A DNA stretch of 46,311 bases from Anaeromyxobacter sp. (lineage in GTDB: Bacteria; Myxococcota; Myxococcia; Myxococcales; Anaeromyxobacteraceae). Where the stretch lies: contig DATDDC010000562.1 in NCBI GenBank assembly GCA_036523995.1, forward strand, positions 1 to 46,311. The letters are read 5' to 3'. Of the stretch, positions 18,961 through 27,084 are shown piece after piece. The position numbers and the translations under genes are program-made. Position 1 is the first letter of the stretch, and every line of letters begins with the position of its first letter. The notes under the pieces were generated by a model that saw only the letters and a program-made list of their open reading frames with translations, had not been told where the DNA came from and ran no database searches.

Positions 18961-19264
18961 CGGTCGCGGCAGTGTGCACCGTCCGGGGCGCCGCGTCCCG
19001 CGACGCAAGGGTGCCGAATTCAAGGGACTTGCCCGAAAGTCGATCCTAGGTGCCAAGAGAGGGACGAGTCAACGACGCCGCGGCGGCGTCCATGGACGCA
19101 TCTTGGCGCCTGTGCGAACATTCCCACGTCTGGACGGCGGCTCGTCACCGGCGTCCGCGGAGCCGCGCATGCGCGGCTCCCCGGAGCGGGAGGCGTGTTC
19201 GCGCCGCCCCAGCACGTGCGCCTCGACGCGAGGGGGCTTTACGGAATCCACGTCTCCTCGACCG

Positions 19265-20485
19265 ATGTCGGCGGCGTCGCCGAGCGCCGTCCGTCCCGCC
19301 GAAGACGCGCCGATGCGGGTCCTCGTGGTGACGCGGCAGTTTCCGAACGCGACCGATCCGCACTTCTCGCCCTTCAACCGGCAGCAGTTCGCCGCGCTGG
19401 GGAAGCGCTGCGCGGTGGACGTGCTCGCGTCGGTGCCGTGGTTCCCCGGCGCGCGCCTGTTCGCTCGCTGGTCGCTGGCCGGCCGCTTCGCGGGCATCCC
19501 CCGGAGCGAGTCCATCGACGGGCTCGATGTGGAGCACCCGCGCTACCTGCACCTGCCGCGCGTGGGCCGCCGCGCCGCGGGGACGCTCTACGCGGCGTCG
19601 CTCGCGCGCGAGGCCCGGCGGCGGCGCGGCCGCTACGACGTCCTCCTCGCGTCCTGGGCGTTCCCCGACGGCGTCGCCGGGGTCGCGCTGGCGCGGATCC
19701 TCGGCGTGCCCGCCGTGGTCAAGGTCCACGGCTCGGACATGAACGTCGTGGCGAGGATGCCGGACGTGGCGCGCAGCCTCCGCGACGCGCTGCCCCGGGC
19801 GAGCCGCGTGGTGGCGGTGTCGAGGCCGCTCGCCGACGTGGTGGCGTCCTTCGGCGTCCCGCGCGATCGCATCGACGTCGTGGGCAACGGCGTCGACGGG
19901 GAGCTCTTCCACCCGCGCGGTCGCGACGAGGCGCGGGCCGGGCTCGGCCACGGCGGCGACGCGCGCCGCTGGCTCCTCTACGTCGGCCGCCTCGAGGAGG
20001 CGAAGGGCGTGCTCGATCTCCTGGAGGCCTTCTCGCTCCTGGCCCGCCGCCGCCCGGACGTCCGGCTCGTCATCGTGGGCGACGGGGCAGCGCGCGCGGC
20101 GTGCGAGCAGGCCGCCGGCTCGCTCGGCGATCGCGTCGTCGTGGCCGGGGCGCGCCCGCTCGAGGAGGTGCCCCGCTGGATGGGCGCGTGCGACGCGCTC
20201 GTCCTGCCGAGCTGGGCCGAGGGAGCTCCCAACGTCGTCCTCGAGGCCCTCGCCTGCGGGCGTCGCGTGGTGGCGACGGACGTGGGCGGGACGCCGGATC
20301 TCGTCGCCGGGCCCGAGCTGGGCGAGCTCGTGCCGCCCCGCAACCCCGCGCTCCTGGCGGAAGCGCTGGACCGCGCCGCCGACGCGGTCTATTCGCCCGA
20401 GCTCGTGGCGCGCGCAGGGGCGCGGCACGGCTGGGGCGAGAGCGCGCGCCGCCTCGAGGCATCGCTCCGGAAGGCCCTGGCTTGA
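19265..20485 (+). CDS. Glycosyltransferase family 4 (TuaC-like), about 406 aa (alternative start 19313)
   Basis: MRVLVVTRQFPN, WAFPDG, KVHGSD, NGVDGELFHP, YVGRL..KG, LPSWAEGAPNVVLEALACG..VVATDVGG. Confidence 0.9.
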   Translation: MSAASPSAVRPAEDAPMRVLVVTRQFPNATDPHFSPFNRQQFAALGKRCAVDVLASVPWFPGARLFARWSLAGRFAGIPRSESIDGLDVEHPRYLHLPRVGRRAAGTLYAASLAREARRRRGRYDVLLASWAFPDGVAGVALARILGVPAVVKVHGSDMNVVARMPDVARSLRDALPRASRVVAVSRPLADVVASFGVPRDRIDVVGNGVDGELFHPRGRDEARAGLGHGGDARRWLLYVGRLEEAKGVLDLLEAFSLLARRRPDVRLVIVGDGAARAACEQAAGSLGDRVVVAGARPLEEVPRWMGACDALVLPSWAEGAPNVVLEALACGRRVVATDVGGTPDLVAGPELGELVPPRNPALLAEALDRAADAVYSPELVARAGARHGWGESARRLEASLRKALA

Positions 20486-21558
20486 GCTCCACCGCTCCCA
20501 TCTCCGACGGGACCTGGATCTCCGACGAGCCGCGGCTCGGGTCGGTCGCGCGCCTGGTCCTGGCCCGCGCGCTGCGCCGCCGCACCCCCATCCTCGTCGT
20601 GGCGCTGCTCGCGACCGGAGGCGCCACCGTCCTCCGCTGGCTCAAGCATCCGACGCACGAGGCCACGCTCTACTTCCGCCTGGAGGAGGGAGACCTCGGC
20701 GACGTGGGCCACGGGCTCCGGCCGCCCTCGGACATCCGGCAGCACATCGCGAACGTGGCGCTGTCACGAACGCAGCTCGAGCAGATCATGAGGAAGTACC
20801 ACTGGTCGGAGGGGTGGCTGGCGCGCGATCGCGCAGCGGCCATCGACGAGTTCCGCGCGAGCATCGAGATCTCCGTCGACCGGAACTACTTCATCTACCC
20901 CCGGAGCCCCGGGGAGGATCCGCGCTCGGCGGAGGTGCGGATCTCCCTCTCCGGCCCCGACGAGGAACAGGTGCGGGTCATCCTGCGCGAGATCGGCGAC
21001 GCCATCCTGCTCGACCAGGAGGTGCAGCGCCGCGGGCGTCTCCAGGAGGCGCGCGAGATGTTCCGCGCGCAGCTCGAGCATGCCCGTTCGCGGACGAGGA
21101 CCCTGCAGGACCTCATCGCCCGGCTCGCGCTCGAGGCGGCCGGGTCGGACGAGCGGGCCGCCATCGGCGCCCGGGCGCGCCTCGCGGTGCTCCAGGCCGA
21201 GGCGAAGGGCGCCCTCGAGCAGGAGCTCGCGCTGGAGAAGCGGGCCGCCGCCGTCGCCTTCAACGCGGCCAAGGAGGAGGAGCGGCTCGGGATGAGGTTC
21301 GAGTTCGTGGACGAGCGCGTGGCCACCTTCGCGCCCAGGCTCACCGCCGTGGAGCTGGCGCTCCGCGCGGCGCTGATCTTCGGGGCGGTGCTCACCGTCA
21401 CGGCCACCGTGGTGGGCGCGTTCGACGACCGGATCTACGCCCCGCAGGACCTGGCGGCGTGGGGCCTGCCGCTGTTCGGAGCGCTTCCTCGATTCCCTGG
21501 CGACGACGCGGGCTCGTATCGCGCGCGCGCGCCGGCCGGCCGTGCCTGGGGGCCATGA
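20482..21558 (+). CDS. Polysaccharide co-polymerase / chain-length determinant-like membrane protein without kinase domain, about 358 aa
   Basis: TTG overlapping the GT4 stop (TTGA). N-terminal TM, LSRTQLEQIMRKY, long coiled-coil, C-terminal TM followed by FDDRIYAPQDL..WGLPLFGALP, which is the typical PCP cytoplasmic tail. Confidence 0.7.
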   Translation: MSSTAPISDGTWISDEPRLGSVARLVLARALRRRTPILVVALLATGGATVLRWLKHPTHEATLYFRLEEGDLGDVGHGLRPPSDIRQHIANVALSRTQLEQIMRKYHWSEGWLARDRAAAIDEFRASIEISVDRNYFIYPRSPGEDPRSAEVRISLSGPDEEQVRVILREIGDAILLDQEVQRRGRLQEAREMFRAQLEHARSRTRTLQDLIARLALEAAGSDERAAIGARARLAVLQAEAKGALEQELALEKRAAAVAFNAAKEEERLGMRFEFVDERVATFAPRLTAVELALRAALIFGAVLTVTATVVGAFDDRIYAPQDLAAWGLPLFGALPRFPGDDAGSYRARAPAGRAWGP

Positions 21559-23969
21559 GCGCTTCCGCCCAGACGCCGCACCCGAGCGACGTCCTCGAGC
21601 CCGCCCTCCGGCTGGCGCGGCGCGCGGTCCGGTTCTGGCGGGCCGGCCTCGTCACGTTCGCCGCCGCGGCCGCGGTCGCGGTGGTCGCCGTCGCCCTCCT
21701 GCCCAGGCACTACCGGTCCGAGGCGGTCGTCTACTACCGGGAGGGCCTGCAGTGGGCCACGAGCGAGGGGGCGAGCCCGCGCCGCGTGGGGCAGCGCCTC
21801 AAGGACGTGCTGCTCGCGCGCGTGCAGCTCGCGAAGGTCGTCGAGGAGCTCGGCCTCTACCCGGAGCTGGTCCAGGCGGGCCGCGCCGCCGATGCCGTCG
21901 AGGAGATGCGGAACGCCACGAACTTCAAGTTCGCGGACGGCGACGTCTTCGTCATCTCCTTCACCGGCAGGACACCCGCCGAGGCGCAGCGGGTGACCGC
22001 CACGCTCACGGACGTGCTCATCGGCCAGAACTCGAGGCTGCGCTCGCAGCAGGCGGAGGTGGCGAGGGAGTTCCTCGACGCCGAGAAGAAGCGCAAGGCG
22101 GACGAGCTGGCCGCGAAGGAGGCCGAGCAGCTCCGCTTCCTCGCCAGGCACCCGGAGTTCGCGCAGGAGCAGGGCACGGCGGTGGGCGTGACGCTGCGCG
22201 CGAGGAGGAGAGCCGGGGAGGGCGCCGGGCCGGCGAGGGACGACAGCGCCATCGGGGCCCTCCGCCGCGAGGAGCAGCGGCTCAGGCGCCAGCTCCGCTC
22301 GCCGGGACAGGTCCTCTCCCCCCCGCAGGAGCCGTCCCTGCACTCGGCCAAGAACGAGGCCGAGGCCAAGCTGGCGGCGGCGCAGCGCGAGCTGGCGGAC
22401 CGGCGCGCCCGCTTCACCGAGCAGCACCCCGACGTGCGGATGGCCAAGGCCGTGGTCGCGTCGGCCGAGGAGGCGTACCGGCGCGCCGCCGAGGCGCTCG
22501 AGGCGACCCAGCGGCCCGTCCCCATGGACGTGCTCCGGGATCGCCTGGCGCGGGTGGAGAAGGACATCGCCGCCTACGAGCGCGACCACCCCCAGGCCAA
22601 GGACGCCAAGGCCGATCTGGTCGAGAGCAGCGACGCCGCGAAGCGCATCGTGGCCGTCGAGACCGAATGGGCACGGCTCGTCCGCGAGGTCGCCGAGGCG
22701 CGCGAGCGCCTCCAGCAGCTCGACTCCCAGCAGTTCATGGCGTCGATGACGGCGAGCATGCTCACGAGCGGGCAGACGGCCCAGATCATCGTCATCGACC
22801 CGGCCTTCCTGCCGGCGCATCCCATCGGGCTCTCCTTCTCGAAGAAGATCCTGGCCGGCCTCGCTGCGGCGCTCGCCCTCGCCTTCGCCGTGGCGCTGGC
22901 CCTGGCGCTGTTCGAGGACGTCATCTACGACGCGATCGACCTCGAGCGGCTCGGGATCGCCCCCGTGCTGACCGAGGTCCCCGCGGCGAGCCTGCAGGTC
23001 GCCGGGAACGCGCCGGCGGCGGCCCCGCGTCCGGGAGCCCTGGCGCTCGCCGGCGGAAGGTCCCTGCCCGCCGTGGTCCCGGTCCAGCGGATCGCCAAGC
23101 CCAGGGTGATGCTCGCGTCCTCGGGCGAGGACCCGGTCGCCGGCGCCCGTTCCGGCGCCGAGGGGGCCCGGGCCGTCGCGCCGGGCCCCGTGCCCGAATC
23201 GCCGAAGGCGGCCCAGGGCGCGGCCCTCGCGCTCCCCGCGCACGTGGCGGAGCCGAACGGGGCCGCGAACCTGCCCGCCACGACGTTCTTCTCCTTCGAG
23301 AGCGACTTCTCGGACTTCGTCCGCATCCATCGCGTCGCCTCGGCCCCGGCGGACGGGCGCCTGGTCATGCTCGGGCCGCCCGACTCGGCCGCCGCGGCGA
23401 GCTTCCGCGTCCTGCGCCACCGCCTCACCGAGCGCAGGGGCGCGAAGACCATCGTGGTCACGAGCCCCGATGCCGGCGAGGGGAAGACCCTCACCGCCGT
23501 CAACCTGGCGCTCGCCATGGGCGAGACGGGGCTCGCGCGCGTCCTCCTGCTCGAGGCGAACTTCCGCAGCCCCTGCCTGGCGCGCCTGCTCGGCTTCCGG
23601 CCGCCCATCTGCCTCACCCAGCAGTTCGAGATCCACCGCGCCCTCCCCACGGAGGAGCCGTGGGTCGTGGTCGAGACCGTCGCCCCCTGGCTCCACGTGG
23701 CCGCGGTCTCGCCCGACACCGAGACGCGCCCCATGCTCGACGGGCGCGCGCTGGCGCTCTGCCTCGACGACCTGCAGGCCGGATACGACACCATCATCAT
23801 CGACGGGCCGCCCATCCTGGACAGCGCGGACGTGAACCTCATCGAGGAATGCGTCGACGGCATGATCGTGTCGCTTCGGGCCGGCGCGTCGCGCGTGCGG
23901 TCCCTGCGCAAGGCGGTCGATCAGGTGGGGGCCGGCAAGCTCCTCGGCGTCGTGCTGCTCGGGACCTGA
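21555..23969 (+). CDS. wzc: Wzc-like co-polymerase fused via an Ala/Pro linker to a BY-kinase-like domain, 804 aa
   Basis: ATGA overlap. TM-YRSEA, RFTEQHPDV, coiled-coil, IIVIDPAFLP-TM-EDVIYDAIDLERLGIAPVL, then SFRVLR, Walker A SPDAGEGKT, LLEANFRSP, Walker B IIIDGPP, and LLGVVL at the end. Confidence 0.85.
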   Translation: MSASAQTPHPSDVLEPALRLARRAVRFWRAGLVTFAAAAAVAVVAVALLPRHYRSEAVVYYREGLQWATSEGASPRRVGQRLKDVLLARVQLAKVVEELGLYPELVQAGRAADAVEEMRNATNFKFADGDVFVISFTGRTPAEAQRVTATLTDVLIGQNSRLRSQQAEVAREFLDAEKKRKADELAAKEAEQLRFLARHPEFAQEQGTAVGVTLRARRRAGEGAGPARDDSAIGALRREEQRLRRQLRSPGQVLSPPQEPSLHSAKNEAEAKLAAAQRELADRRARFTEQHPDVRMAKAVVASAEEAYRRAAEALEATQRPVPMDVLRDRLARVEKDIAAYERDHPQAKDAKADLVESSDAAKRIVAVETEWARLVREVAEARERLQQLDSQQFMASMTASMLTSGQTAQIIVIDPAFLPAHPIGLSFSKKILAGLAAALALAFAVALALALFEDVIYDAIDLERLGIAPVLTEVPAASLQVAGNAPAAAPRPGALALAGGRSLPAVVPVQRIAKPRVMLASSGEDPVAGARSGAEGARAVAPGPVPESPKAAQGAALALPAHVAEPNGAANLPATTFFSFESDFSDFVRIHRVASAPADGRLVMLGPPDSAAAASFRVLRHRLTERRGAKTIVVTSPDAGEGKTLTAVNLALAMGETGLARVLLLEANFRSPCLARLLGFRPPICLTQQFEIHRALPTEEPWVVVETVAPWLHVAAVSPDTETRPMLDGRALALCLDDLQAGYDTIIIDGPPILDSADVNLIEECVDGMIVSLRAGASRVRSLRKAVDQVGAGKLLGVVLLGT

Positions 23970-23992
23970 GGCGGGGTCGGGTGGGAACCGGG

Positions 23993-24583
23993 ATGCCCAG
24001 CATTCACGAGACGCTCCGCGCGGCGGGCATCTGGCTCATGGCGGGCGACGAGTGGCCGTCCCTGGGCGCCGAGTGCGCAGGCCTGGCGCGCCGGCTGCGC
24101 GAGAAGCGCGCGCGCACGGTCGGCCTCGTCCCCGCGGACGACGACGTGGCCGTGCCCGCCGTGGCCATCCACCTCGGGGGCGCGCTCGCGGGGAGGAGCG
24201 CACGGCCCGTCGGCGTGGTCGACGCGCAGGGGAGCTGGGCGGGGGCGTCCGTCGCCGGCGAGGCCGCAGCGGAGGGCGGGACGGGCCTCGTCACGAGCTG
24301 GCTCCGCGACGACCTGGCCGTGCTCGCACCGCGCGCCGGCGGGGCGGGGGCGGCGCTCCAGCACGTGCGAGGCATCCTCGCGGCGGAGGGGAACGTCTTC
24401 GACCACCTGGTCTTCGACCTCACCGGCTTCGACCACCGCGGCGAGCAGCTCACCGCCTGCGAGCTGCTCGAGGCGGTGGCCCTGGTGGCGCGCAGCGGGC
24501 GGACCACGGTGCGCCGCATCGAGCGCGGGCTGCGGGACCTCCCTGCGGCGCGCTGCCTCGGCGTCCTCCTGACCGGGATGTGA
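23993..24583 (+). CDS. Degenerate stand-alone BY-kinase/P-loop-fold protein (pseudokinase-like), 196 aa
   Basis: C-terminus of the 21542..24583 ORF: TVGLVPADDDVAVPAVAIHLG.ALA..VGVVDA..FDHLVFDL..VALVARSGRT..LGVLL is colinear with BY-kinase topology but has no GKT/S. Confidence 0.6.
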   Translation: MPSIHETLRAAGIWLMAGDEWPSLGAECAGLARRLREKRARTVGLVPADDDVAVPAVAIHLGGALAGRSARPVGVVDAQGSWAGASVAGEAAAEGGTGLVTSWLRDDLAVLAPRAGGAGAALQHVRGILAAEGNVFDHLVFDLTGFDHRGEQLTACELLEAVALVARSGRTTVRRIERGLRDLPAARCLGVLLTGM

Positions 24584-24597
24584 GATCAGGATCCCCC

Positions 24598-25707
24598 GTG
24601 CTCTCGCGTCTTCGATCGAAGAACCTGCACACCTGGCTCGGCGCGTACGCGCTCGACGTGGCGAGGCGTGCGGTCCGGCCGGGCCGGGACGGCCCGCGCC
24701 ACCTCCTCTTCGCGGTGTGCGACCACTACGAGCCGCTCTGGAACGACGCCTCGCCCGCGGTGGGCCGCGACCGGGTGCGCGCCTGGGCCGAGCGATACCC
24801 CGCGACGTTCGGGGAGTTCCGGGACGCCGAGGGCCGGCCGCCGCGGCACAGCTTCTTCTTTCCGGGGGAGCAGTACGCGCCCGAGTACCTGGAGCCGCTC
24901 GCGGCGCTCGCTCGCCGCGGGCTCGGCGAGGTCGAGGTGCACCTGCACCACGACGCGGACACCGCGGCCGGGCTGCGCCGCGGCCTCGACGAGCTGCTCT
25001 CGAACTTCGGCCGCCACGGCCACATCTCGAAGGACGGCGAGGGCCGGCCGCGCTGGGCCTTCATCCACGGCAACTGGTGCCTCGCCAACGCCCGCCGCGA
25101 CGGACGCTGGTGCGGCGTGGACTCGGAGCTCCCCATCCTCTTCGACTCCGGGTGCTATGCGGACTTCACCTTCCCGTCCGCGCCGGACGAGACCCAGCCC
25201 GGCATCGTGAACCGCATCTACTGGCCGGTGGGCGACCTCGCGCGCCGGCGCTCCTACGACCGCGGGGAGCGCGCGCGCGTGGGCTCGGTCCGGCGCGATC
25301 GGCTGCTCTTCATCCAGGGGCCCATCGCGCTGGCGCGCCGCCCCGGCCGGGCGGCGCTGCGCATCGAGTCCGCCGCGCTCCAGGCCGGCGATCCCCCCTC
25401 GCCGGATCGCGTCGACACCTGGGTCTCGCAGGACGTCCACGTGGAGGGACGGCCGGAGTGGGTGTTCGTGAAGGTCCACACCCACGGCGCGCCGGAGAAG
25501 AACGCGACGCTGCTCCTCGGTCCCGAGGGCCGCCGGCTGCACGAGTACCTCCGTGCGCGCTACAACGACGGGCGGCGCTGGATCCTCCACTACGTCACGG
25601 CCCGTGAGATGTACAACGTCGCGATGGCGGCGATGGGGGGCGCGAGCGGGGATCCGTCCGCCTACCGCGATCACGTCGTCCCGCCGCCCCCCGTGGCGGT
25701 TCGCTAG
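24598..25707 (+). CDS. Conserved hypothetical protein, His/Asp-rich putative metal-dependent polysaccharide deacetylase-like enzyme, 369 aa
   Basis: DHYEP, RPPRHSFFFPGEQY, EVEVHLHH, FIHGNWCLAN, GCYADFTFPS, WVFVKVHTHG, LHYVTAREMYN. Sits in frame-tight operon context. Confidence 0.65.
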   Translation: MLSRLRSKNLHTWLGAYALDVARRAVRPGRDGPRHLLFAVCDHYEPLWNDASPAVGRDRVRAWAERYPATFGEFRDAEGRPPRHSFFFPGEQYAPEYLEPLAALARRGLGEVEVHLHHDADTAAGLRRGLDELLSNFGRHGHISKDGEGRPRWAFIHGNWCLANARRDGRWCGVDSELPILFDSGCYADFTFPSAPDETQPGIVNRIYWPVGDLARRRSYDRGERARVGSVRRDRLLFIQGPIALARRPGRAALRIESAALQAGDPPSPDRVDTWVSQDVHVEGRPEWVFVKVHTHGAPEKNATLLLGPEGRRLHEYLRARYNDGRRWILHYVTAREMYNVAMAAMGGASGDPSAYRDHVVPPPPVAVR

Positions 25708-25708
25708 C

Positions 25709-27073
25709 ATGTTCGCGCTGCCAGGCCTGCTGGCGCTGATCTTCGTCGACTACGTGCGGCCGCAGGAGTACTTCCCGTTCCTGTACGCCGTGCCGCTCCT
25801 CCACATCGCGACCGGCCTGGCCGTGCTCGGCTTCGTCCTCGACCTGCGGCTCGGGCTGTCGCGGCGGGACCCGGCGCCGCACCTCGTGCTCGCCGTCCTC
25901 CTCTTCCTCTGGTGCCTCGTCACCGTGATGGTCCGCGCCCCGGACCAGCTCGGCATGCGCGCCCAGTCGCTCCTCGTCCCCATCGCCATCTACGCCGCGG
26001 TGGCGCACGGCATCCAGAGCTTCCGCAGCCTCCAGGTGCTCTGCGCGCTGCTGCTCGTCATCTGCCTGGGGCTCGCGGCCATCGGCGTCCACCAGGGGCT
26101 CGCCTCGTACGGCTGCCACCGCATCGCGGCGCGCGCGGGGCAGATCGTCTACCTCTACGACGGCCGCCCGTGCGACGAGGGAAATCGCGCCGTCTGCGAC
26201 GACGACACCGCCGAGCCCGGGGCCGACTACGTCTGCGAGAAGGTCGGCCTCCTCGGCACGCAATCGGACCACGGCCGGGTCCGCTACCGGGGCACGCTCC
26301 AGGATCCGAACGAGCTGTCGCTCGCCCTCGGCATCGCCGTCCCCTTCGCGTTCGCGTTCCTCGATCGGCGCCGCTCGCCGGCGCGCGCCGTCGTCGTGGC
26401 GCTCACGGTCGCCGCCGTGGGCCTCTGCGCCTACTTCACGCAGTCCCGCGGCGGCCAGCTCGTGTTCGTGACCGTGCTCGGCATCTACTTCGTCCGCCGC
26501 CTGGGCGTGAAGCGCGGCCTCGCCATCGGCGCCCTGCTGGCCCTGCCGCTCCTCTTCTTCGGCGGGCGAGAGGGCGGCGAGGTCTCCACCCTGGAGCGGC
26601 TCGAGTGCTGGTGGGTGGGGCTGCACCTCATCCTGCGCTCGCCCGGGTTCGGCGTGGGCTTCGCCCAGTTCAACGAGCACCACTACCTCACCGCGCACAA
26701 CAGCTTCATCCTCTCGGCCGCCGAGCTGGGCCTGCCGGGGATGCTGCTCTGGACCTCGATCGTCTACCTCGCGATGAAGATCCCGATCCAGGCCCTGCGC
26801 GCGCACCTGCCGCCGGTCAGCCGCTCCTGGGCCATCGCGCTCCTCGCCTCGACGGCGGGCCTGGCCGTGGGGAGCTTCTTCCTCTCGTACTCGTACAAGG
26901 ACGTGCTGTGGATCTACGTCGGCCTGACCGGCGTGCTATATCACGCCATCCGGCGGCACGAGCCGGGGTTCAAGGTGGGGTTCGGCGTCCGCGACCTGGG
27001 GGTCGTGGCGGCCGTCGACGGGGCTCTCCTCTTCGCGCTCATAGGCTATACCGGCGCCAAGCTGGGCTGGTGA
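25709..27073 (+). CDS. wzy: Wzy polymerase / O-antigen ligase family membrane protein, 454 aa
   Basis: YVRPQE, GTLQDPNEL, TQSRGG, GVGFAQF, TAHNSFILSAAELGLPG and multiple TM segments. Confidence 0.8.
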   Translation: MFALPGLLALIFVDYVRPQEYFPFLYAVPLLHIATGLAVLGFVLDLRLGLSRRDPAPHLVLAVLLFLWCLVTVMVRAPDQLGMRAQSLLVPIAIYAAVAHGIQSFRSLQVLCALLLVICLGLAAIGVHQGLASYGCHRIAARAGQIVYLYDGRPCDEGNRAVCDDDTAEPGADYVCEKVGLLGTQSDHGRVRYRGTLQDPNELSLALGIAVPFAFAFLDRRRSPARAVVVALTVAAVGLCAYFTQSRGGQLVFVTVLGIYFVRRLGVKRGLAIGALLALPLLFFGGREGGEVSTLERLECWWVGLHLILRSPGFGVGFAQFNEHHYLTAHNSFILSAAELGLPGMLLWTSIVYLAMKIPIQALRAHLPPVSRSWAIALLASTAGLAVGSFFLSYSYKDVLWIYVGLTGVLYHAIRRHEPGFKVGFGVRDLGVVAAVDGALLFALIGYTGAKLGW

Positions 27074-27084
27074 GGTTCGCATCC

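Noticed and set aside
19037-19057. Sigma-54 promoter for wza (TTGGCAC on the minus strand)
   Set aside because: The -24 element is present but the -12 position reads ATCG rather than TTGC, which is insufficient support.
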